From: Sumerlaeia bacterium
GTDB lineage: Bacteria > Sumerlaeota > Sumerlaeia > SLMS01 > JAHLLQ01
DNA length: 64,000 nucleotides
Assembly (NCBI GenBank): GCA_040219255.1
Contig: JAVJSW010000031.1
Coordinates: forward strand, 20,896-84,895
Reading direction: 5' to 3'
Part shown: positions 7,736 to 16,235 of the stretch, in pieces
Position numbering within the stretch: position 1 is the stretch's first letter
Layout of the letters: every line of letters begins with the position of its first letter
The notes under the pieces: generated by a model
What the model was told of the DNA's origin: nothing
Seen by the model: only the letters and a program-made list of their open reading frames with translations
The model's database searches: none
Made by a program: the position numbers and the translations under genes

Positions 7736-9585
7736 CGAGTCGTGGGCCGTTCGAATGTCCAGGGTTCGGGGTCCGCAAAGCGAACTTGCCAGAGCCGAAG
7801 CCCGGCTTGCCGCACTTCCTCGGGGGTGGCTGTGCGGTCGTCGAGCAGGATTTGCAGAAAAACCAGGTTCGTCCCCCGCCGCAGGGTTTTCGCTGGCACG
7901 GTGAAACTGACCGTTTGCCGTCCCGAGAAGGACAAGTCGGCGACGCCTAACTCTTCTGTATTCAGTGAAACAGCCGCGCCAAGCGTCAGTGTCGGCGACG
8001 TGGCCTCGAAGGTCAGTTGCACCGTGCGAAAGGTGACATCCTGCACAGGCAATCCGGTCGTTGTGTAAGGTCCGGCGAGCGGCCGATAGCCCCAGCCTCG
8101 GTTCTCGACCCAGCCCTGATCGGCGAAACCGGTGGAGTCGAGGCGGCTTTCGAACAGCGCGTTGTCGCCTCCGGCCGCGGGGGCCTCCAGGTGCAGCGGC
8201 GGCCGGAACGCGGTCCAGGCGAAGAGGAACGCGATGATCGCCCCTCCGCTCAGAACCCACGCCCCCGCCGTCCAGGACGGCGCCGGGATAGGCGAATCGG
8301 TGTCGAGGGCAGGCGGACTTAAGGCAAGCAGAACCAACGGCCCAACGAACCCATAATACCAGGGAATGATTGCGCACGCCAAGAACAGCACGAGCGACGC
8401 CCCAACGAAGCGGACGAGAGCGCCTTCGCCACGCAGCCGCCAGGCTCCCAACCCCCAAACCACCAGCATCCCCGACAGGCCAAAGGCCCCCTTCCACTCG
8501 AACAACCCCAGCCGGTCCAGCAATCCTGTCAGCCCAAACCCCAGCAACAGGTTCGGGTTCCGTTCGATCAGATACCGCGACCCGGCATCGTACCACGACG
8601 TGTACCCGTGCAGAAAAGCCTCCGGGTTCATCAGCAAAAAAGGCAGCACGATCAAGCTCGCCAGCAAGCCCCCCGCCACATGCCATGTCAGCCCCCGCAG
8701 CGCCAGCGCCCCGCCCTCGCGCCAGCGCCGCCACCCATAAATCGCGTAAAGCGGCACCGCCAAAATCAGATACGGCCGGACCGTGATGCACAGCCCAAAC
8801 AGCAAACCGGCCAGAAAATCCCGCCCCCCGCGCAAAGCCGCCACCCACAGGAATAGCAGCAGCCAAAAAACGCTGACGTGCAAGTGGGGAAGAAATCCCG
8901 CGAAAGGCCCAGCCCTCAGTAGAATCAGCGGAATCGCGGCCGGCAGTGCCGCCAGCAGAGCCCGTCCCCAGGTCCGCTGGCGGCTCGCCCGCCAGAGCGC
9001 CCACGCCGGCAGCCCGAGCGCAAGCACCGCCAGGCACGCGACCGACCACGCCCGGATATCGAGGCCCAGCAAGTACGCGGGCGAAAAACTGAGCCAATGG
9101 CCCGGCGTGTAGGTCAGCGGAATGCTCCACTCCGCGACCTGGTGCCAACGGTAGGGGTAAAGGCTGTCGCGCCAGAAACTGCGCAGCGCCGATTCGATCA
9201 GCGGCAGCATATCGCCACCGTTGCGGGGGTCGGCGACGCTGAACCAAATCAGCCGCTGGTAATCACGAATGGCGGAAACCGTCGGCCACAGAAGTCCCAG
9301 AAAGATTCCCCCGGCCAGGAGGCGCCTTCGCCAAGGAGACGAGGCAAGGGTGTCGTTCGTCTTGGAGTTCCCACCCGGCAATGCCAGAAGCGCTACCAAA
9401 GCTCCGAGCGGCAGCAGGCTCAGCAGCGTAATCCGCGGCCACAGCCAGTAAGCGCGTTCGCTGTACCGCACACCTTCGCCCGCGATCAATAGCACCCACG
9501 GAACCCACGCCGCCAACAGGTAAAGCCCCACACGCCAAAGCATGGCGGAGCGCAGGCCGGAGGGCTCGACTCCGCGCGTGGTCAT
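7732..9585 (-). CDS. Polytopic membrane protein, probable GT-C fold glycosyltransferase with C-terminal periplasmic domain
   Basis: GDMLPLI..YPY..PLTYTPG loop motif, about 12 TM segments and a soluble C-terminus. Confidence 0.65.
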   Translation of the reverse strand: MTTRGVEPSGLRSAMLWRVGLYLLAAWVPWVLLIAGEGVRYSERAYWLWPRITLLSLLPLGALVALLALPGGNSKTNDTLASSPWRRRLLAGGIFLGLLWPTVSAIRDYQRLIWFSVADPRNGGDMLPLIESALRSFWRDSLYPYRWHQVAEWSIPLTYTPGHWLSFSPAYLLGLDIRAWSVACLAVLALGLPAWALWRASRQRTWGRALLAALPAAIPLILLRAGPFAGFLPHLHVSVFWLLLFLWVAALRGGRDFLAGLLFGLCITVRPYLILAVPLYAIYGWRRWREGGALALRGLTWHVAGGLLASLIVLPFLLMNPEAFLHGYTSWYDAGSRYLIERNPNLLLGFGLTGLLDRLGLFEWKGAFGLSGMLVVWGLGAWRLRGEGALVRFVGASLVLFLACAIIPWYYGFVGPLVLLALSPPALDTDSPIPAPSWTAGAWVLSGGAIIAFLFAWTAFRPPLHLEAPAAGGDNALFESRLDSTGFADQGWVENRGWGYRPLAGPYTTTGLPVQDVTFRTVQLTFEATSPTLTLGAAVSLNTEELGVADLSFSGRQTVSFTVPAKTLRRGTNLVFLQILLDDRTATPEEVRQAGLRLWQVRFADPEPWTFERPTTR

Positions 9586-9619
9586 TGAAAGCCAGCCAGT
9601 TTGCGAAGGGAAGACAGCG

Positions 9620-10189
9620 TCACGCGCTCTTGCCCTCGGCCACATCCGCCGACACGCGATATCCGGCCAGCACCTTCTCCCAGGCGCCCTGAGCCTTCAG
9701 AATGCCTTCGGCGACCTCGCGGGCCGCGCCTCGTCCACCCGGGGTCACCGTGACCCAATCCACAGCGGCCAGGATATCCTCGGCGCCGTCGGCAGGCGTG
9801 GCGCTGACCCCAGCCCACTCGATGGCGGCCAAGTCGACCAGGTCGTCGCCCATGTAGAACACCTGCGACGGTTCCAGACCCATTTCCCCGGCGAACCGTT
9901 TCAGCGTTTTCAGCTTATCGCCATCCGCCATGGAGAGGCGGGTCACGCCCATTTCCTTGGCGCGCTGGGCCACCATTTCACTCTTGCGCGCTGTGATCAG
10001 GGCCACTTCCACACCGTTCAGCATCATCTGCTTCAGACCCAGGCCATCGCGGACGTGGAACCTCTTGATTTCCTGATCGCCCGCGAAGACAAGGGCGCCG
10101 TCGGTCAGGATCCCATCCACATCGAAAACCGCGAGACGGATTGCCTTGAGCCTCTCGTTCAATTGGGGGCTGATACGTGGTGTCGCCAT
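9620..10189 (-). CDS. kdsC: KDO-8-phosphate phosphatase (HAD, YrbI family)
   Basis: AVFDVDGILTDG, FHVRDGLG, YMGDDLVD and GGRGAAREVAE motifs. Confidence 0.93.
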   Translation of the reverse strand: MATPRISPQLNERLKAIRLAVFDVDGILTDGALVFAGDQEIKRFHVRDGLGLKQMMLNGVEVALITARKSEMVAQRAKEMGVTRLSMADGDKLKTLKRFAGEMGLEPSQVFYMGDDLVDLAAIEWAGVSATPADGAEDILAAVDWVTVTPGGRGAAREVAEGILKAQGAWEKVLAGYRVSADVAEGKSA

Positions 10190-10312
10190 GGTTGCCAATT
10201 CCGGGTGATATTGCCCTGTTTGCAGATTTTCGGGCTGGGTTCGCCGCGCCGGACTGCTAGCTCCTTGCGCGGGTTGCGATCCAACCTCACAGCCATTGAC
10301 CGAGGCAAGCCT

Positions 10313-12742
10313 ATGAGTTTCCCCAATCCGATTGCCAAGACCGCCCACTGGCTCCACACCCGCTGGCCCGCGGGCACGGTGGAAAAACTGCCCCTGGTCA
10401 ACGACGACGGCACCTGTCAGATCCCCGGCGTGTACATCGTCGGCGACCTGAGCGGCATTCCGCTCCTCAAGTTCTCCCTCCACACCGGCAGCCGCGCCGT
10501 CAAACAAATCGCCTCCGACCCGAAGTTTCAGAAGCAACGCAAGGACGACGGCTCTGGCTCCGGCGTTCGTGACCTCGTCATCATCGGCGGGGGAGTCGCC
10601 GGCATGGCCGCCGCCGTCGAAGCCCGCCGCCAGGCTCTCGATTTCGAACTGCTCGAAGCCGCCCAGCCATTCAACACCATCGCCAATTTCCCCAAGCGCA
10701 AGCCCATCTACACCTATCCCACGGACATGACGCCAGAGGGTGATTTGCAGGTCTCGGCCGAGGTGAAGGAGGAATTGCTGGAGGAATTGAAGGGGCAAAT
10801 CGAAAAGGCAGGTATCACGTCCCGCGCCGCCGTGGCCGAGAAAATCGCCCGCTCCGGCAGTCACCTGGAAGTCCACCTCGCCAAGGAAGCGCCCATAAAG
10901 GCCCGCCGCGTCATCATCGCCATCGGCCGCTCGGGCAACTACCGGCGCCTCGGGGTTCCGGGGCAGGACCTCGACAAGGTCACTCACCGGCTCTACGATC
11001 CGAACGACCACACCGGCCAGGACTGCCTCGTGGTGGGTGGGGGAGACTCGGCGCTGGAAACCGCCATCGCGCTGGTCAAGGCCGGGGCCAACGTCACGCT
11101 TTCCTATCGGCGCAAAGACTTCGGCCGCGCCAAGCCCGACAATGTCGAGATGATCGAGCGCCTCGCCAGAGGTGGCGATTGCGCGAAGATGTCTGTGGAG
11201 AATCCCGAGGGCGACCGCGAGACCACCGCCAGCGGAGACTGGTTGCACACGGACGGCCGCAGCGCCGGGCGCTTTCGCCTGATGATGGGCAGCAACCTGA
11301 AGGAAGTCCGCGAATCGGACGTTGAACTGGAAGACGCGGACGGGCAAGCTGTCACCCTTCCCAACGACATCGTCTTCGCGATGATCGGCCGCGAGGCCCC
11401 CCTCGATTTTTTCCGCAAGAGCGGCATCCCCATCATCGGCGAGGGCACGCCCTGGGGCTGGGCGATGTTCGCCGGGTTCCTGGCGTTCTGCGTCTGGATG
11501 TACCTTTGGAAGGGCGGCTCCTGGGTCGGCGGGACGACGGGCGCCTTTCCGGGTAACGTGCCCAATCTGATCGCGTCGCTTGGCGATCGGTGGGCGGCAC
11601 AGGTCAACGACCGTTCGACACTGATCGGCACCGTGGCGGTTTCGATGCAGTCGCGCTCGTTCTACTATTCCTTCCTCTACTGCCTCGCCGTGGTCATCTT
11701 CGGCATCCGGCGCATCCGGCGCCGCAAGACGCCCTACGTCAAACTCCAGACCATCGTCCTGATGGCGATTCAGGTCATCCCGCTCTTTGTCCTGCCCGAA
11801 GTTCTCCTGCCCTGGCTAGGCTACAACGGCGCCTTCGACGCTGGCATCGGGCGCACCATCGCCGACAACCTGTTCGAGCCCTACATCAGCGCCCAGGCTC
11901 TGGCCGCCCACGATTGGCCGGCAGGATATCACCCGCGGGCTTACTGGCGCGCCTACGGGCTCATTCTGGCGTGGCCGCTGATGATCTACAATGTCTTCAC
12001 GGACGCGCCGATGCTTTGGTGGCTGGTGATCTCGAGCGTGCAAACGTTCGTGATCATCCCGGCTGGCATCTTTTTCTACGGCAAGGGCTTCTACTGCGGG
12101 TGGATTTGTTCCTGCGGGGCGTTGGCGGAAACGCTAGGTGATGCCCATCGCCAGAAAATGCCCCACGGGCCCTTCTGGAATCGGCTGAACATGGTGGGCC
12201 AATTGATCCTTTGGCTCGCGGTCGCGTTCTTGATTCTGCGGATCGTGGGCTGGGTTTTCCCCGGCAGCGCCGCCGACAAGGCTTTCAAGGTCCTGGTGGA
12301 CGGCAAGACCGCCGACGGCGCCACGAATCCCATCAGCTACAAGTACTTGGTCGATATCTTCCTGGCGGGGATTATCGGGGTTGGGTTCTACTTCAAATAC
12401 AGCGGCCGCGTCTGGTGCCGGTTCTTCTGCCCGCTCGCGGCGCTCATGCATGTCTTCACGAGGTTCAGCCGATTCCGGATATTCGCGGATAAGAAAAAGT
12501 GCATCTCCTGCAACGTCTGCACGTCCGTCTGCCACCAAGGAATCGACATCATGAGCTTCGCCAACAAGGGCCTGCCCATGGAGGACCCGGAATGTGTGCG
12601 CTGCTCGGCGTGTGTGCAGAGTTGCCCGACAGGCGTGCTGGCCTTCGGGCGGACGGGCCGCGATGGCTCAGGCGAATACCACGATCAGGTGCCGGCCAGC
12701 CTGGTCCGCATGGCGGAGGCAAGGCAGAAACAGCAAGCTTGA
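10313..12742 (+). CDS. FAD/NAD(P)-binding TrxB/YpdA-like oxidoreductase fused to a NapH/YccM-like membrane polyferredoxin
   Basis: IIGGGVAG and VVGGGDSALE Rossmann motifs; TM region with CGWICSCG and WCRFFCP; two CxxCxxCxxxC clusters at the C-terminus. Start at MSFPNP. Confidence 0.85.
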   Translation: MSFPNPIAKTAHWLHTRWPAGTVEKLPLVNDDGTCQIPGVYIVGDLSGIPLLKFSLHTGSRAVKQIASDPKFQKQRKDDGSGSGVRDLVIIGGGVAGMAAAVEARRQALDFELLEAAQPFNTIANFPKRKPIYTYPTDMTPEGDLQVSAEVKEELLEELKGQIEKAGITSRAAVAEKIARSGSHLEVHLAKEAPIKARRVIIAIGRSGNYRRLGVPGQDLDKVTHRLYDPNDHTGQDCLVVGGGDSALETAIALVKAGANVTLSYRRKDFGRAKPDNVEMIERLARGGDCAKMSVENPEGDRETTASGDWLHTDGRSAGRFRLMMGSNLKEVRESDVELEDADGQAVTLPNDIVFAMIGREAPLDFFRKSGIPIIGEGTPWGWAMFAGFLAFCVWMYLWKGGSWVGGTTGAFPGNVPNLIASLGDRWAAQVNDRSTLIGTVAVSMQSRSFYYSFLYCLAVVIFGIRRIRRRKTPYVKLQTIVLMAIQVIPLFVLPEVLLPWLGYNGAFDAGIGRTIADNLFEPYISAQALAAHDWPAGYHPRAYWRAYGLILAWPLMIYNVFTDAPMLWWLVISSVQTFVIIPAGIFFYGKGFYCGWICSCGALAETLGDAHRQKMPHGPFWNRLNMVGQLILWLAVAFLILRIVGWVFPGSAADKAFKVLVDGKTADGATNPISYKYLVDIFLAGIIGVGFYFKYSGRVWCRFFCPLAALMHVFTRFSRFRIFADKKKCISCNVCTSVCHQGIDIMSFANKGLPMEDPECVRCSACVQSCPTGVLAFGRTGRDGSGEYHDQVPASLVRMAEARQKQQA

Positions 12743-12747
12743 GGCGT

Positions 12748-13056
12748 TCAGGCGAACTCGGAGCGAAGTCTCTCGAGTTCCTTGCGGATGGCGAAGAGTT
12801 CGGCACGAACTTTCTCGAAGTCCGCCGGGCTGAATCGAACATGGCGCGGAAGTTCCGGGGGGGCCTCGAACAACTGGCGGGTGTCTTCCTGCCAGGCGTC
12901 GAAGAAATCCTCCGGCGTGATTTCCGCAGGCCGTGAGTAACCATTCGCCGGACGCGCGGAGGGCGGGTCCAGGACGGCCACTTCACTCGATTCATGGGAT
13001 TTCTGGGGAAACTTTTCGCCGGAGATCTTGCGAAAGAATTCGCGGAACATCGTCAT
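12748..13056 (-). CDS. Small hypothetical protein with C-terminal coiled coil
   Basis: GAGG RBS before MTMFREFFRK; ends FEKVRAELFAIRKELERLRSEFA; fills the intergenic gap. Confidence 0.55.
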   Translation of the reverse strand: MTMFREFFRKISGEKFPQKSHESSEVAVLDPPSARPANGYSRPAEITPEDFFDAWQEDTRQLFEAPPELPRHVRFSPADFEKVRAELFAIRKELERLRSEFA

Positions 13057-13307
13057 GGGACACCTCTTCGGAGCGGGAGCGGCGGGAGTCGAACAGCATT
13101 GGGAACAGCACAAGGACCTTGCAGCGATATCCTTGTTGAAAAGAAGTAGAGCGTGCCGCCCCGGGATTCTCAACGAAAATCCGCGCGCGAATCGCTCCCG
13201 CTCCGCGCATTCTTCTTGACGGTCTTGGGGCGCCGCCTCCGGCAATGAGGAGAGCAAGGCCCAGATTCAATCCGGTGACCGCTCGACTCTTACGCCCGAT
13301 CCGCCGT

Positions 13308-14225
13308 ATGCCCTTGAAGCAAAAGCGTTTACGAACATCCAGCAGCACCGCCGTGGCGCGCTACCGGTGGGAGGCGGGCACCGGTGCGTTCTCCCGCGGG
13401 ACCCTCGCGGGTCTGGGGGTCCTGCTGGTGCTCGGGGGCATTCTGCTGGCGTCGCTGGAAAGCCGCCTTCCCGGCAGCGATGCCGCCCGCGGGGCTGTAG
13501 AGGGCGGCCTGCTTCCCCTGACGCAAGCCGCCTCCGACGCCGCCAGCGAAGGCACCCATGTCTTTTCCGCCTGGAACGACGCTCGCCGCCTGCAACTGGA
13601 AAACGAGGAGTTGCAGGCCGAACTGGCGTCCCTCCAGAATGCTCTGGCGGCGGCGCGCCAACGCGCCGACGAGCTGGAGCTGATGATCGGCGAGACGGAC
13701 CGCCTGCCGGAATTCGTCGCCCAATCCATCCCGGTGCGGGTGCTGGGCCGTGTGCCCGATCCGGCCCGTCACGCCCTGTGGATCGAAGGCGGGTTGAACC
13801 GCGGGATTCGCGCCGGCCAAGCCGTGATCGCTGCCGGCGGACTGGCTGGAATCGTCGAGCACGCCAACGGGGACTACGCGATCGTTCGCCTTTCGAGCGA
13901 CGAAAAGTCCCGCTGGGGCGCCCTCGCCGGCGAGCACCGGGGCATCGTCAGCGGTACCGGCCGCGCTGGGGAACTGGAGTTCCGCCCGGAAACCACCGAC
14001 GCCGCCATGGAGGTCGGCTCCCTCATCACCACCACGGGGCGCGTCGGCTCCTTCGCCCCGGCCTCTTTGCCCATAGGCCGCGTTGTGCGCATCGATGTCG
14101 ACAAGTCAGGCGAACGGCGGGCCGTTCTGGAAACCGGCGCGACAACCGATCTCGAGATTGTCTTCGTGTTTCAGAGCGAGCAGATCCCATTTTCTCCTCC
14201 CCTCTCCCTGATGGCGGGAAACTGA
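13308..14225 (+). CDS. mreC: Rod shape-determining protein MreC
   Basis: One TM, coiled coil (LQLENEELQAEL), then beta domain GIRAGQAVIAAGGLAGIV and ITTTG...LPIGRV. Confidence 0.85.
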   Translation: MPLKQKRLRTSSSTAVARYRWEAGTGAFSRGTLAGLGVLLVLGGILLASLESRLPGSDAARGAVEGGLLPLTQAASDAASEGTHVFSAWNDARRLQLENEELQAELASLQNALAAARQRADELELMIGETDRLPEFVAQSIPVRVLGRVPDPARHALWIEGGLNRGIRAGQAVIAAGGLAGIVEHANGDYAIVRLSSDEKSRWGALAGEHRGIVSGTGRAGELEFRPETTDAAMEVGSLITTTGRVGSFAPASLPIGRVVRIDVDKSGERRAVLETGATTDLEIVFVFQSEQIPFSPPLSLMAGN

Positions 14226-14233
14226 CGGGTTCC

Positions 14234-14797
14234 ATGCCTCAGGACGCGACCACTCGGGGCTGGCGCCCGCCGCCAGCGGTCCTGACGGCCCTTCAAGCCG
14301 CAGCCCTGGTCTTCGCCGTGCTGCTCGCCGGTTCGGTACTGGGGCGGGTCCTGGGGGGCGTTTTGTGGGCGCCGCCGCTTTGGGCCGCCTGGGTTTACCG
14401 CAAGCCGTGGAAGACGGCGCTGGCGGGGGCCGTGGTGATCGGGATGGCGCTCGACGCGTTGACCCATGCGCCGCTTGGCATCAACACGGCCGTGCTCGGG
14501 GCGGCACTGGCCGGCGGGCATTGGCTCTCGCCAGGACGGGGCAAACGCTGGGAACTGCCCCATCTGATTTTCGTGCTGGCCGCCACCCTCAGCGCCCTGT
14601 TCTTTCTCACTCTGGCCGGCTGGTCGTTACCCGGCCTTTTCGGCCCCGTGCCCCGCTGGCCCGTCTGGGGCCAGACGCTGACGGCTGTGATCGTTGGATT
14701 CATAGCCTATCTCTTGGGGGCCTGGCTTTGGAAGGGCGGCAGATCGCTGAGGAAGTCCCGAAAGAGCGGTCGGCGGCGGAAAGCGCGCAAGGCGTGA
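14234..14797 (+). CDS. mreD: MreD-like membrane protein
   Basis: Directly after mreC; GMALDAL..PLGINTAVL motif; about 5 TM segments. Confidence 0.65.
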   Translation: MPQDATTRGWRPPPAVLTALQAAALVFAVLLAGSVLGRVLGGVLWAPPLWAAWVYRKPWKTALAGAVVIGMALDALTHAPLGINTAVLGAALAGGHWLSPGRGKRWELPHLIFVLAATLSALFFLTLAGWSLPGLFGPVPRWPVWGQTLTAVIVGFIAYLLGAWLWKGGRSLRKSRKSGRRRKARKA

Positions 14798-15963
14798 ACG
14801 TCCTGGTCTGCGCCCTGGAAAGCCCCGGTATGCTCTTTCCCGCACTCAAGGCCGGGCGCAAGCTGACGGAACTCGGTCACAACGTCCGCGTCGTTACCGG
14901 TCCCGATGGCGAAGCGGCCGCAGCCCGCGCGGGGCTTGAGGTCCTCTCTCGCCCCAAAGACGCCCCCGAGGGTTTCCGCGTTTCGGGCTGGGGCAAACGC
15001 CACAACGTCGATGCCCAGATGCTCCACCTCGGCGCTGCCTGGCGCCAGTTCCCGGCGGACGCCGTCATCGGGGGACAGTTGACCCTCGGCCCTTACTTCC
15101 TCGCGGAACGCGAGCGCGTGCCCCTGGTCGTTTTGGGCATGGCGGCTTATCTTTGGCCAACGCCGGCCAGCGAACGCGCCACCCCCGCAGACCCCGCCGC
15201 CTGGCGCGAGCGCGAGATGCGCCGCCACTACGTTCGCGAGGCTCTGCGCGTTTATGAAAAGGCCCGCACCCACCTCGGTCTTCCCGCCTGGGACAAGCGC
15301 CTCGGCAATCCGCTACTCGCCAACGCCTTCCTCGTCCGCTCGTGCCACGCCATCGAGGGCCCGCCGGGGGAACTGCCCCCCAAAGTCCGGTGCGCCGGTG
15401 CCCTCCTCTTCGAACCGGAAGAGCGAACTCTCAGTCAGGATGTCGAGGCATGGCTCGACCGACAACACCGCGCCGGGCGCACCGTGGCCCTCTCGCAGGT
15501 GGGACGAAGCTTCGGCCATCCCTCCCTTTGGTGCACCCTGCGAAGTCTCACATGCCAGGGAGACCTTGCCATCGTGGCTGATGTGGGTCGTGCCGACGAT
15601 CCGGCCGCTCAGCGGGAAGCGGGCGATCTGGTCCTGCCGGTTGTGGGCGAGCCTCTCGGTCCCTTGGCCGCTAGGGCCGGCGCCATCATCGGATCGGGCC
15701 ACAGTACCCTCGCCCTGCTGGCACTCGCCCATAGAGTGCCAACGGTCACCATCCCGCATGGCAGCGGAGCCGACCTGGTGGCGAGACAGTTGGAAAAAGC
15801 GGGGCTGACCCAGGTCGTCCCTCCCGAAGACGGGGACGTGGATGGCGTCCGCATGGCGCTGGAACGGGCAGCCGGCCCGGGCTCCGGCAAGGCGAGGAAA
15901 GAGGCGGCAGAAGCCCTGCGCCAGGAGGAGCGGCGATTCGACTGGGAGGAAGCATTCCGATAA
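14794..15963 (+). CDS. GT1 family (MGT/macrolide-type) glycosyltransferase
   Basis: GTG start overlapping the mreD stop; LTELGHNVRVVTG; C-terminal IIGSGHST..ALAHRVPTVTIP. Confidence 0.75.
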   Translation: MNVLVCALESPGMLFPALKAGRKLTELGHNVRVVTGPDGEAAAARAGLEVLSRPKDAPEGFRVSGWGKRHNVDAQMLHLGAAWRQFPADAVIGGQLTLGPYFLAERERVPLVVLGMAAYLWPTPASERATPADPAAWREREMRRHYVREALRVYEKARTHLGLPAWDKRLGNPLLANAFLVRSCHAIEGPPGELPPKVRCAGALLFEPEERTLSQDVEAWLDRQHRAGRTVALSQVGRSFGHPSLWCTLRSLTCQGDLAIVADVGRADDPAAQREAGDLVLPVVGEPLGPLAARAGAIIGSGHSTLALLALAHRVPTVTIPHGSGADLVARQLEKAGLTQVVPPEDGDVDGVRMALERAAGPGSGKARKEAAEALRQEERRFDWEEAFR

Positions 15964-16235
15964 CGAAGGGGTTTTTTGTGGGTGCGAAAAGTTTTCGCGA
16001 TGGGACAGTGCCCGTTTCCAAGTGAGACAATTCCCGGCCTGGAAATCGCTTTGAACTTTTTTCATACACCTGCATAATTAGTAAAAATGCAATGATTTCA
16101 GCACTCTAAAGAACTCTTGCGGCTCCGCGCCGAATGGCTTGATTGTTGATGGTATTATCGCACGCTTGTTCCGGGAGAAGGTGATTCTCTCGACATCCGG
16201 CCTTATTTCAAGGCGCTTTTTTTTCGAACTTTACC

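Noticed and set aside
6470-9247. Apparent 925-aa protein, and the long N-terminal extensions of 9542..12742, 9620..11347, 13367..14797, 31063..32178 and 60733..62475
   Set aside because: The extensions overlap other genuine genes; the real starts are downstream, so these are not fusions.
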